Notes: generated from the sequence alone by a model not told the origin. Shown: positions 13,553-27,233, counted from the first letter of the stretch. The stretch: 64,000 bases of DNA from Hydrolagus affinis (GCA_012026655.1 JAAILG010000875.1:1-64000); one strand, 5' to 3'. Made by a program: numbers and translations.

Positions 13553-14113
13553 AACATGTGTAATGACAATTTGTTTCCAAGCAATGTACGGTGGTCTGAC
13601 AGCCTCTACATTCATTCAGCAGTGCCTAGCTATTCTGTGGCCTTATCTGTACTTTGCATGATTACTGGCCCTTCTAAAATTGTGATTCAATATGAAAAGA
13701 AAAACACTATTTGTAATAAAAGATAAAGTGACAGATACTTGATCTTTGATTACTAATTTCTATCTAAGTAGTACACTATTTGACTGCCTACCAGCCTCTA
13801 ATGATTTGCATGTCTGCTCAATCATTGTCTGTGGATTAACTGTATGCACACCTTATTTATGATTCAGTGAACAATAATGCATATTGAAATAACCATACTT
13901 AGGTATGGAGAATCCAAGGCACCATAATTTGTAGCAAGATAAAGTATGTTCAGTATTGTGAAATGAGTAAAGGTGAAGGAGTATTAATCTATACTCTCAA
14001 ATGCTATCTATTTTCAGCAGTTTGTGATACAATTTGCTGTTACAAACATTCATGGATCTGCCAAGCCTAGTTCTTTACTATTATGTATTATTACATTAAT
14101 CGGTGGTTCAACA

Positions 14114-14170
14114 TTTATTTTTACATTACATAAAATGAGTCTTTGGGATTAAACATTGAAATCGTTTATT
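14114..14170 (-). terminator. Candidate poly(A) signals (AATAAA x2) for a ~3 kb HS3ST1-like 3' UTR
   Basis: tttatt on + at 14114-14119 and 14165-14170. I saw no AATAAA hexamer between the stop codon and here, although ATTAAA variants occur nearer. Usage unverified. Confidence 0.25.
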
Positions 14171-17136
14171 TCAATATTTGGTGTTTTAACTTGCATTACA
14201 TCAAACATGGTTTGAATACAAAAAAAATGAGCCAGATGGTAAAATTAAGGTGTTCCTTAAATTGGAAAGCTAAGCAATCAGAATACATGCAAGTAAGTAC
14301 AGTACTTGGCTGTTATTCTTTTACAATACGCTGTTCATCATCGACACCTCATTACAGGCTTCCTATTTGGGATTGGCGACCTAGTCCATGTCCCAAATCT
14401 CTAGATAGTTCAGAATGTATTTTACATTCTTACTGCCAGATAATAGCAGTCAAATAAAAATTCATGTCAAGAACCCATGTTCATATACTTTAAATATTTG
14501 CTGATTCTGTGCTGCGTGTAAAGTACAATAGCATCAGACATAGAAAACCCAAATAACATTCAAAATCATTAATCTGTGCTCTGTTATTTTAATAGCCAAG
14601 AAAACCTTAATCACATGAAGGCAAACCTTTTCTTGACTGATTGCGCAGTAACATTGACTGTGGTGTCGTTGACTAAGCAAGTTGATTTCATAAGTAGCTA
14701 ACCACATATTAGCTAGTTAAAGGTCCAGTTCTCAATCTATACTTAGTTAGTAGATCTCACTTAAGATGTCACGAGAAATTCTCACGAGACATTCAGATGA
14801 AGAACGCTCTTCAGCCCATTTGAAAAGCACTGCGAGACACCGTCTTCTACCTAAATGCAAGTTGCTGCTGTTAATTTCATCTGTCCAGAAAACCCACCCT
14901 ACCCTCTTCCGATTGCAGCCTGAAGCTGATTTCTGTAGATGATTGCTATAATTGAGCTCAGCCAGGTGGGGAAGCAAAACTCCTGCTTCTCGGTTTCTGC
15001 CATTAATCATTATTCAGCTCCTTGATGTGTGAGAGCGTAGGCATCTGCAAGGGTCTGTTTGGTCTTGACTGTGATGCCCTCTACTGTCAAATCCCTGCCA
15101 ACTTGGATCGTTAAGACTCGATCATAAATAATGGTGATTTGGAATGGGGTACTTAAGTACTTAAGAACACTGAAGTTTACGTGAAACTGAAGATTATGTA
15201 TCCCAATAGAATTTAAAAATGTCAAATAATTGGCAGCGGTGTAGATAGGATATTTGTCAAAGGTAAAACGCATTGAGAATGGTTGTAATGTTGTGGCCAC
15301 AATGCTCCCTCTCTTCTAAATGAGGAAGTGTCAGATAGAAGACAGCAATGCATTTCTTGGGAATATGCTAGACAAATATCCCTAAACCATGACTGGAGTA
15401 AATCCAGCAACAAACAGAAGGAAACTAACTTACTGGCTTGTGTAGTGTGCCTACAAATGTAAATATTACTGCTGAGGGAATATACTACACTCTAAATAAA
15501 GTTCACCATTGATGAGTAATCCAATTTGTTTTGAGATGGTACGATGGTTCCCACGAGCATTTGATGTTTCAGAGCTTTTACCCAGTAAACAAAGCATGTT
15601 TCATTTCCCATAATATATTTAAACCTTAACCTTACTGTTTAACTGTTAACTTCCCTTGAGATATTACTTATGTGTAACAATGACTGAATAAAGCTGTGTC
15701 ATTTGTAACCATGTAAATATATTGATGAATTCACCTGTAATAAATTTCAAGCTTGAACATTTTTAAAAGGTGGGCCAACGTCACACATACGTTAACACTA
15801 ACAATACGCATTCCATCACTGTACAGGATTTGGTTTTGAAAAGCGAGCAAGTTCAAACTCTCCAGTCTATATCAAATATTGTGCGTGTGCCTCTAAACAT
15901 GATTTTACATCACTTAAATAAATGATTCAAACCAAATGTGAAAATCAATTGGAACTAAATAGCATTACAAAATGTTCTACATGAATAGCACATTAATTTC
16001 GAGTGGCATGTTAGAGAGCAATGCAAACTGTAAACAATAATATGATAATTTTTGTTATATAGAGAGCCAACCTAATAAAGTAAAGATTAGTTTTGAAGGT
16101 CTGAACTATAAGCTATACAATATGAAAGTACAGAAATTTGAAAGCAATATGGCAGACCCGAATATATATATATTCTTATTTGATTGCTATTCATAAATTT
16201 TTTTGGATAGCTATTACATTATGTGGCTTTTGAGGTAGTATATTACACAATTCCTGTTCTCACTTATCTGATCTACTTTTCTTCAATATATACCTAAAAT
16301 TAAATGTAGAACATTCTGATACTGTACATGTCCCTCTGCACTTGTGTTGTGTACAGTTAGATTAAGAAGTAGATCTTTAAAATACTTTTCAAACAATAGA
16401 AGGCATGTTTAAAAAAATATCATATTTAATTTCTATAAATAGCACATGAAGAGCAGAGAACAGGGTAAATATTCTGTGTTAATGTTTGTTTACGTCAATA
16501 ATAAAATCACAAATAAGCGTATCTTTTATCCAACAGTTTACAATAATTTATCAGTGCCCAAAACATTGAAATATACAATCCATCTGTGTTAAAGGATCAC
16601 AATTGAATATTTAATGAGAAACAATAACATGCATTGGTGAACATGCAGAACCAGGGGGAGCTGGCAATAGTAATTTACATATTTAAATTACAATAGATCA
16701 CCTGGTAGGCAAGCAACAACCATCAGAACAACGACAGGTACTAACCACCTAAACAAAGAGGAATTGGTGTCCATATTTCTGATCCAAATTTATACCATGA
16801 GAATAATATTGATAAACCAGCAATCCAGTATGTTTGACACCCGTTGTTTATGTTGCCCTCTTGCTTCTAGCCGGGAATTAATTATTTATCGCTGAATATA
16901 TTTATAGAATTTTTCGACTTAACAATGCTAGATTTCTTATCTTCCATAAGCTTGTGCTGCTGGGTTTACTGTCTGCAAAGATAGCTCTGCAATTAAATAA
17001 CTGTTCCTTTGGGAGTCATTTTGAATTTTAAAAATGTGATTATAAAATTCTGTAAAATAAAAAATGTGGCTGTAATTGAATTAACTTTTTGCTGACCCAG
17101 CAAAACAAGTAAAGCATGTGGAATGTATGTAAAGTT

Positions 17137-18093
<957 letters not shown>

Positions 18094-18126
18094 CTAGCAG
18101 TAGAATCCGGGGTGTATTATTGTCAG

Positions 18127-18213
18127 TTAAATGCCAGTCAACAGTCTCAGATGAAATGATGTGAGTAGCAACACACAAAGAAGTGGAGTTTGGAAAACTT
18201 CCTTGATCTCCAT
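18127..18213 (-). other. Upstream ORF (28 aa, MEIKEVFQTPLLCVLLLTSFHLRLLTGI*) in the 5' UTR of HS3ST1-like
   Basis: ATG is the first triplet after the acceptor. It is in frame with the main ORF but closed by TAA at 18129-18127, with a second in-frame TAG before the main ATG. Confidence 0.55.
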
Positions 18214-18240
18214 CTGGAAAAGACAAAAATGACAAAATGA
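18214..18240 (-). other. 3' splice acceptor of the HS3ST1-like coding exon
   Basis: Minus strand reads ttttgtcatttttgtcttttccag|ATGGAG: polypyrimidine tract plus CAG, with the exon starting at 18213, 141 nt upstream of the start codon. This fits the HS3ST1 layout of non-coding 5' exon(s) and one coding exon. Confidence 0.8.
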
Positions 18241-19480
18241 GTGAGGATGAAGCAAAAATGTAAATTCTGTAAGTACAAAATTGCTTTCATAAAAATTATA
18301 AATCTTGCATCTTTTCTAAATGGCGGAATTATATATCGCTTGGGGCATCAATGTATTTTTTGGACATCTTATCATCAGTCCATATAAGCTTATTTTCCTC
18401 TCATAACTTACACTAAGGATTCCAACCTCTGTGATTGACATCAGGGTAATACAGGAATTACACAATTGATCTTAATAAATAAAAACAATTAGCTGCAAAA
18501 CCAATTTAGTTCCACATTCAACGATCACATAAAGAGCCTAAATTCTGACCTTACATCATATGGAAGTATACTATATTCAAATATTTGCTTCCCTTTGTAC
18601 TTAAGAAATGATGTATACTTGAAGGGGCAATCAGAGCGTTCCAATTAGATTTTATTTCAGTTTTACAGATAATATGCAGTCAGAACATTTATATAATTTA
18701 TTTTTGTTATTGTAAAATAGACTTCCGCATCACATTTCGATGTTCAATGGAGAAGATAATTAGTGGATAAATTTGGATAATACAATTCTATCAGATCAAT
18801 AACATTTCAACCAAGAGTAACTGAGTTCACATGAGATCATCAGTTGTTTATAACTGAGTTAATTTCACAGCAACTAAGCTGTGATTCGGAACAGCTAAGT
18901 TCTTCATATAAGCAGCTCACTTCACATAAAATTTATAATGAACTTTTTAATATATTCAACAATTCATAGATTCACGCAATGGGGTCTGGGTAAATTTCAT
19001 ACCCCATTGCATTGTAACTATACTAAGCGTAATTTTCAGTAATAATAAAAACATTGCTTGACATAGTATGAAACTGATATATTACTTTTATGGTGGTTTG
19101 CTTGTCAATTTCATGCCAGTTTTAGAGATTCTAAAAATCAATCAAAGAGTAATTCCTCCGGGCTCAGATTGATCAAGAAGTAGAACTTACAGTGAATCAA
19201 TGACACCAACAGCATTTCAAACTGCTGTGGGATGAGATTGATAAGGGTGGTACAAAAATAAAAATTGGAATAGGTGAAATATATATTTTTTGTCAATAAA
19301 TGTTGATGAACATTTAATAAAGACCAGAAAATATATTGTGCATTCTACAACCATGATGCAAATGCTTACATAAAAATCATACATTTTATCGCATGAACGT
19401 CCTTATTTCTGATTAATGAAGATTTCTGTTAGGGAGTAATAGCTCGGAACACAATACAGTATATAGTTTTGGACACAACA

Positions 19481-19550
19481 TGCCAGGATGGTGGAAGGCG
19501 AACTGGCTGGACTTTGGTCTTCCTTTCCCTAGCAAATTCTTATGTTCTTA
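19481..19550 (+). mobile_element. CR1-type 3' end, second subfamily
   Basis: ggcgaactggctggactttggtcttcc...aaattcttatgttctta with an 8-bp tail repeat. Confidence 0.5.
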
Positions 19551-20287
19551 TATAATATAGAACTAAAATCTGATTAATTAATATAAAATAGTAATTGTTT
19601 GCTTGTATGTGGATTGGCACAACAATGTTCTATCTCACCTGGCTGGCATTTACAATCTCAGATTTTTGGAAAGGGTTTCTTTTAATATTATTTATTATAG
19701 TACTGTATTTTGCTTTGGTTAAAACAAATATTTTCTTTCTTTCTTTCTTCCTAGAAAAAAATCTAGGTAAATCATAGTCATTACATTGTTATGAACTCAC
19801 CACACTGTCATTACAGTATTGAGCTGTTTCCTAAATGTGTCCAGTGTCCTGGCATCAACCACTCTTACTGGTAATCACTTCATGTTGTTGATTTTTTTCT
19901 GTGGGAAAAAATCCTTCCTGCTATTATCCTACAATTTACAAATATCTATCCTGTGATGTGATTTCAGATGTCCTCTTGATGTGGACAGTGCTGTATCAAA
20001 TAGAAGGATTATTAATACAGATCAGTTTGTTTAGCAACATGGTAAGGATGCATTTTGCAAGATTGTTGAAAGCGGGAGTTAGCACCCTGACCCGGAGGTA
20101 GTTCTAATTAACTTTGCCTTTGTAGTAATAGCCCTATTATTATTTAAAAAGGTTACACATAGCGAGGAAAAAGCTACACATTTTTTTGTCCTGTTACATC
20201 ATTGTGTTGTCTTCAACCAACTAAGGAAATATTTCCAAAACAATTTATCATAACCTTTCCCATTTAACATTTCTTTTAAATAATAAT

Positions 20288-20462
20288 AAATTGGTTATTT
20301 GAATTCACGACTGTTTGTGGGACACTGCTGTGCACAATTGGCTGCCACATTTTGTCCACATATATACAGTCAATTCACTTTACAGTATACTGTATTCTGT
20401 GAAGTGCTTTGAGACGTCTAGAAGGTGTGAAAAGTTCGATATCAAATGCAAGGATTATTATT
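20288..20462 (+). mobile_element. SINE 3' half (abundant family)
   Basis: tgtgggacactgctgtgcacaattggctgcc...gtgaagtgctttgagacgtctagaagg...tatcaaatgcaaggattattatt. Confidence 0.85.
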
Positions 20463-21864
20463 AGTTTCCCTTCCAAACCTAAACATGTGCTCTTTTCCTG
20501 TTGTATATCTGAAAGCATTATTTTAGCTTCTCTCTTCAACCCCCATTAGGGATATGTATAAACCTTCTGAGAGATATGTTTTCAAGGTTGAAGAGTCCCT
20601 ACTTCTGAGGATCAGCGTGATTGTTCTCCATTGCACTGTACCCAGTCCTAGGGCATCCAAAACTGTAGCTGTACTCCACCACCAAAGCATGCCCACAGAT
20701 GTGATGCTCCCCGTTTCGTGAAATTGATCTTGGATCATTGCCCACTGTTGCTATAAATTCCAAACCATTGCCAGATCATATCACCAACACTAAATCAGAC
20801 TCTGATGCTATGAGAAACCGTTGTTCACCGTTGTCACTTACCCTGGATACTTGTGTAGATATGCAAACCATCCTGTAGATCATTATCAATTGTCTTCCTG
20901 TGCGGACTATTCCATGATATTGCCATTCTCGAAAGACAACATGCCACTGACGCTACACTCTGCAGACCATTTCTTATTAATCTTGTGGCCTGCAGCCACT
21001 TTACTGCTCACATTATTCCATGAAGAGCACTTCACAGTGATGTCAATTCACAGTGGCAGACCATTCTTTGATAGCCATATTTGTACTGAATTTTGAGAGG
21101 ACCAATATTAGGTGGATGGATTTTTAAACAATGAAAAGTAGTTCGCAATTTGCACAGATAACTGTCAGTACTAGTATGTTTCGCACAATCTCTTTGAGAA
21201 ATTGGTGTGCTTGTTCAAAAATTCACAATTTTGATTAAAATATATCATCATGCAATCGCAAATAGAATCATCTGTGTGAAAACCATCTTTTGAATATTAG
21301 TGAAACTTCAGCTACCACTTTAGTTCACTTAATTAAACAATGTTTAGGTTTCAGCATAAAGAACGAAACTATCTGGTGATTATTATCTCTGGCTGAAAGA
21401 TTGTTATAATGTCCTATAGAACACTGCTTATACAGTACATAGTGTCATTAAATTAACAATCTCACCTATTTTTCCTGTATCACTTAGGAAAAAACCCTGT
21501 TAGTTATTTTCTCTGTACTTTGTGCCTAGCTGGTAAATGTAAGGATTCATGCATACTTGATACAATTGAAACAAGCTTGTGCAAGGCTTATTGTATGTAA
21601 TTATACTGTGAGATGGATACGTTGAATGCCAATAATTATGAATAACCTAATACTTGAGATCAAGACAAATTCAGTCAATAATAAAAGCAGTCTTCATTAG
21701 TCAGGAAGTTCATAACAGGGACTGTGCATCTCGTGTACAATCATCTGCTGTATATCACAATCTTCTGCATAACATGTGTTATATGTTTAAATGTCACTGA
21801 GTAGCACAGCAGGTTAGCATTTTGTTCTTTCTCCTGGGTTGCTATCTATTTTGCTGGGATACCA

Positions 21865-22047
21865 TTTATGTAAATGTTTCACTGGAAGGACAGCACCTCT
21901 TACAATGCAGTACACTATTGACCCAATAATATACAATACTCGACAATGAACCTGAGATGAGCTGAAATCGTGAACTGGGGCTTGAGGTGAAAGTTTTGAC
22001 CTAGATTCGAGAGTGGAGCAATTGAAACTGAGCTGAGCTGACAACCG
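21865..22047 (-). mobile_element. Deu-domain SINE 5' half, decayed
   Basis: Minus strand cagctcagctcagttt...caagccccag...gtactgcattgtaagaggtgctgtccttccagtgaaacattta resembles a tRNA head plus the start of the Deu domain. Confidence 0.5.
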
Positions 22048-22320
22048 ACACTAGATAATAGGCTTTATATATTTAAAGCTGCTGTAGTAATAGTGTGATT
22101 CACTAGTTTAATGAATCAATCTGCTTTGGTGCCACACAGCTAGTGGTTATGCTCTCAGATCCTGGAGGAAATCAAAGTGTCTAAGGGTGTGAGTAATTTA
22201 ATCAATTTAATGCAATTTAAATGTGTCTCTGCATGCTTTATGTATTTACCGGTGAGATCAATTACACGAATGCCAATAAATATAAATATTTATGAAAATA
22301 TACGTAATTTATAGTCCATT

Positions 22321-22483
22321 GTCAACTTGGCTTAGTTTCAATTAATACTCTTTGGTATCTACGTCAGAAAATTGCATTCAATCCCCACATCATGATTTCT
22401 GATCACACTCCACGATGATCTCCTGTGCATTACTAAAACATTGCTATATTATAGGAGGTCTTTTCCTTCAGCTGAGAAATTTA
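22321..22483 (+). mobile_element. Deu-domain SINE 5' half, decayed
   Basis: ttggcttagttt...gtcagaaaattgcattcaatccccac...ctcctgtgcattact...ggaggtcttttccttcagctgagaaattta. Confidence 0.45.
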
Positions 22484-24384
22484 CATATATGTTCTCCAAT
22501 TTCAAGTAAATGAAAATTATCAGTGTTGATTTAAGAAGTCAAATGAACACCAGTAAATAAGGATGGCAGAGCATCAATCAAGTGAAATCCTGATGATTCA
22601 TTATTCAGACCAGCGGACAGATAGAATCATCAAAACATTATTCACAACTTTAAAAAAAAAGCGTAGGTTTAACCAGAAATGAGTTAAGTTTGTCAAACAA
22701 AAATGATTGAAGTAGCATTTCAATGATAGAACATTCAAAATTTTTGAAGAGTGTAGGTTCGGGTATTTAACAAATTATTGAAATCATATTCAGTTATTGG
22801 TACTGCTACTAAACTACTTTTGTGACACAGTAGTTTCCATGAGTTATTTTACTCTCCGTTGAAATATTGTCATGCGAAAATAATCTTACCATGAGAAACC
22901 ATCCTTTAGTTCACCTTGCCCATTTTTCTTTGTTTCAGATTTTTTTTTAATGTACAATCTATTAAGCAGATGGAGAAAAAAAATCTTATGTTGCATAAGC
23001 ATTACCAATGATGGTTTGTTGAGATATCCTATAATCCTACAAACAAATTATTTTAATTACAAATTATTTTGATTACAAATTAAAAGATCTTGGTTTACAG
23101 ATGGGGCTGCAAAAGAAATAATGTTTAGGTACAGGTCAAGTACATAAAAGAAATCAAAGTTCCCTGAGCCACATAATCAGATGATACTGTTGGCCACCCA
23201 CCTTCTGGGAAACAAAAGCTTGTAACAGATTGTTTCTCTGCTGGAAAATAAATTCAGTGAATATATCTCACTCCTAACTACTTAATCACAGGGTTTATAA
23301 CACTTGAACAGTCTCTGTCCCAGACCTGATCTGGGGAGAGGGAGGGACACATGCCAATAATGAGGATGAACAAAATTCACTTCTGTTGTGTCAGCACCAG
23401 CTGCTTCCTGCAGCTGACACAGTGTAAATACACATGACGAAAAAACGTTTCAGAGGGTGTCGGAGAAAGTAAAACATTTATTTAGCACAGATGTATCACA
23501 ATGATTTCTTTTCCTGCCCATTTTATAATGGATTTATGCCACTACCACTCTAAATCTGATAGCAAATTGCTCATATAACCACATTTGTAAATCCTTGCGC
23601 ATTTGGTAATCCCATCTATCTTGTCCCGCTCTCATATGTATTCTTTTCACAATATTATCCTTATCTAAGTTATGATGATTTAACCCTTAGATTTAGTTCC
23701 TCTTATCTCTCCTTGTAGATGTCTCCTTATTTTGAAGTTAATCCAAAAAGCAATGTCAATTCCCAACTGGAAGATGTTCACATAATCTATGTAGATTATA
23801 TATTTTCTTAGGGGCTTCCTTCCTCACTCTTTCAGAGGAATACAAGTTCTTTATTTTGTCTGCCAGAGAGGTTTTCAAAACACAATTTTACTGATAAAGA
23901 GATTGTCAATTTGATCAGGCCTCAAGCCTCAGGCCTCAAAATTAACAAATTTAACAATAATTATTGGATTGCTGGGAGATTCACTTTGGACCAAATCATT
24001 GGCTTTCAAATCACTTGTTTCATCATTGTCCCCATCCCTTCCTCACCCTCTCCCAGAGCTTCAGTAGCCCTTCGTATAATGCTTGGGTTTGTGTTCCAAA
24101 AATAGTCTTCTAAATATGGACCACATATTCAAATGTAATTATTCCTACTCATCTCTGAGAGACTTGGCTTCTAACCAAGTCTTCCTTACTTTGACTTGGG
24201 CCTTCACAGTTACTGCTTATATTTGTTCTGAATCTCAGCTCCGAATTACTCCTTTTGATTATCGATTTTATCAGATGGAAGCTTTGCTATCCAGGTCACT
24301 GTTTCATATCTTTTTTTTAAAAAAAAGTCAAGAGACTTTAACTGTGTATATTCCTCATACTTGGGATTCTGTTTGCCCGCAACA

Positions 24385-24745
24385 AACCTCGCTCCCCCAT
24401 TACCCCAGTTCTTGCCAGACTTCACTGGCTCCCTGTCCCAGAGAGGATCGATTTGAAGATCCTCACCCTTGTTTTCAAATCCCTCCACTCCTCTGTACCC
24501 CCCTACCTCTCCGACCTCCTCTCTCCTCAGACTAGCATCAGTTTCCTTCGCTCCACCGGGTCTGGCCTCCTCCTTGTCCCCCGAATCCTCCTTTCAGGTC
24601 TCAGCTAAAGATCTTTCTCTTCGACCACGCCTTTGGTCACCTTTCTACCCCTGCCCCTGGCTCGGTCCCGGGATCTATTATTGTGAAGCGTTCTGAGACG
24701 CTGTCCGGCGTGGAGGGTGCTATATAAATCAAAGTTGTTGTTATT
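24385..24745 (+). mobile_element. L2-clade LINE 3' fragment with an internal deletion
   Basis: Translates to PITPVLARLHWLPVPERIDLKILTLVFKSLH..PPYLSDLL, the L2 ORF2 C-terminal motif, and ends gggtgctatataaatcaaagttgttgttatt. Confidence 0.9.
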
Positions 24746-25287
24746 GAATATGCTTTGCATGTTCTTTGTGAATCAGAGATAGCTCAGAGTTTTCTTTTCG
24801 CTCCCATGAACTTGTCATGCTGAGCACCATCTGTTTATGGATAAAATTCATGATGTTGGGTACAAGTACAGGCATCTCACTGTTTGATCTTTATTCTATC
24901 TGAAGCACTTCTATCACAAAGCCACTTATGTGGGAGTAAACCACTCATTCATCCTAGCTGCTGTTCATTGATAAACTGTATGACTTTCCACAGGTTTAAT
25001 TGGAGTCTATCAGTCCGTGACTGACTGCTTTGCTCAGCTTTCCCTCAGGTAAATCAAGGCAGAAATATCCTAAAGTTTCAAGCTTTATTGTTTTTTTCCT
25101 TATTTTCCTTATTGTAATGGAAACATGGTTAGCTGTGAGTTTATGAAATGGTGAACCGTTTTCCTTTGCTGGAAGTGGTGAATCACCAATTGCCACATTC
25201 TTTTTTCACCAATTCAATGTGCGCTTTGGTCACCGCAGATTTCTTCCACTGACTACCACCTTCTTGTATTTCCCTGGAAAGAAACTA

Positions 25288-25627
25288 CAGTAAAACCTCG
25301 ATAACCTGGCCAGGTTGGGCCCACTCACCTCCCAGATTTCGGAGTTTGCCGGTGTTTAGAAACCTACCCGGAAATGGCAGGGGAAGCTTCGCCCCATACA
25401 CCAGGTGAGCTGTAAACATAGCACTGAAGGGAAACAATGCTCGAGCTCCACCCACAGCGCTGGGTAACAGCTTAGCCACACCAGGAACTACAAGCAGCTG
25501 TTCCAAACTTCAGATTTGCAGACATCGGAAAAAAATCTAATACTGTAATAACTGTATGTATTTTGAAATCTTGCCGGTTTGAGGGAGTTGTCTGCTTTCG
25601 GAATGTCAGATTATCAAGGTTTTACTG
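25288..25627. mobile_element. Non-autonomous Tc1/mariner (pogo/Tigger-type) MITE, 340 bp
   Basis: TA|cagtaaaacctcgataacctggc ... gtcagattatcaaggttttactg|TA: 23-bp TIRs matching 20/23, CAGT termini and a TA target duplication. Confidence 0.9.
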
Positions 25628-26410
25628 TAGCTTATTGCAAGAAATTGGGTGGCCGCAGGAAAAACCACTAGGACTTTTGTGTTGTCCTTTAAAGACATAT
25701 GTCCCTATCCTACATTTGCCAATATAATTCTTGTTAGAATATTATTTCTGAATAACACCACTGTACAATTTAACATTTTCTCCAGGTCACCAAATTTAGT
25801 GAACCTTCTCGTAACATTCTTGTTCCTCACATTAACAGTGTGGTTATATCCTCTGGGTTATTATGTTAGTAGATTGTAGATCAGTATCAAAGCACTGAGC
25901 TCCACGCATCACATTTTATAATAAATTGATGAATCCTTGTATTATTCAACTCTTCTCATTCAGCATTGAATTTGCCCAATCTTGATGCAATTATCTCTTT
26001 TAAATTTTTTTTTTTAGCATGATATCTAATGAAACATACTTTACCAGGCTATCAATCCACAGTGAACCATATTTTTAAAATAAACAGGTTGATTGTATAC
26101 AAAATGATGCTTGAGATTTTCTCTGTTCCATCTAGTTTCTGTAGAATTCAGTATTGTAATACTCTCTCCAACTAACATTTGTTTTCCTAGTTATTACCTT
26201 TTTAAAAATTATACTACAAGAGATAGAATACAGCCTCATTGATTTTGAATACAATCATATATCCAATTGATAAAATGCATTGCGAATGATACTTTCCTTT
26301 TAATATAAAGCAAAACAAAACAGTCCCATTTTAAACATATATTATAGGATTTCAGATATTTTAATTTTAAAATGTTCTATCTCAAGGAAAGTGAGATGTT
26401 CACTTATGAA

Positions 26411-26550
26411 GAATAATGATCCTTGCATTTGGTATAGTGTTTTTTCAAGTACAAATATTTTAAAGGCTTCACTGAGATTTCTGTAAAGCACAATGAAGAA
26501 ACAACATCTTATGTTCTTATGTAACATGAAGTGAATGACCAATTTTTTAA
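26411..26550 (-). mobile_element. SINE 3' fragment, decayed
   Basis: aataatgatccttgcatttggtatagtg...aaaggcttcac...gtgaatgaccaattttt. Confidence 0.6.
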
Positions 26551-27233
26551 TTGGAGGTTGAAATCTCTGGGGCCGATAATGTAGAGGTGGAGGGGGACAG
26601 GGGTTTGCATTTGGAGAACAGTTTCACATTATAATGTGAAACAGCAGAAGGTGAGGAGGCGTAATGTGGACTATAGACACCAGCTCAGACATTTTCTGTG
26701 CTTCTGTGCTATGTAATCCTATACAATGGTTTTTCAATGGCACCCTATTTATGTGTTATATTTGGATTGTAAGCAAGGAACATAAGAGCAGAATGTAACA
26801 AACCAGAATGCAGTACCATTGGTAAATTGTAGTAAAAGTGCTAATTGTTTCGCATTGCCTTCTCAGTGCATAATGTTATGACTAAAATAGTGGGTTGGTT
26901 CAAAAAGGCAGTCTAAAGCTTCATATTGAAGCACTTGAAAATCTGCTTTTACCATCTTTTACACAGAAGCTTATCAAATTTATATCTACTCGTACATCTA
27001 AAAACTGAAATCTAATTGTAAAAGGTTTCAATCAGTATTTAATATATTAATCCTTAATTTTTTTTGCAAGAGTAAACATGTTGAAATCTATATATTTCAA
27101 ACTCATAAAATAAAACAAAACTGAATACAAAATGTCGCTTAGCCTCGCCTTTCAAATATCAGTCATGTCCTTAGTCATGTTAAACATCCTCATGGTTCAA
27201 TACTTCTGCCGCCTTCTGATATATCAATAAACA

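Noticed and set aside
14747-15300. Abutting minus-strand ORFs (87 and 96 aa) resembling an operon
   Set aside because: Eukaryotic DNA, no recognisable homology or splice context; more likely UTR or non-coding.
23041-23081. 17-bp tandem repeat (acaaattatttt(a/g)att)
   Set aside because: Ordinary slippage duplication; not a CRISPR-like or functional array.
24083-24696. ORFs of 150, 80 and 75 aa
   Set aside because: Off-frame readings of the L2 fragment.
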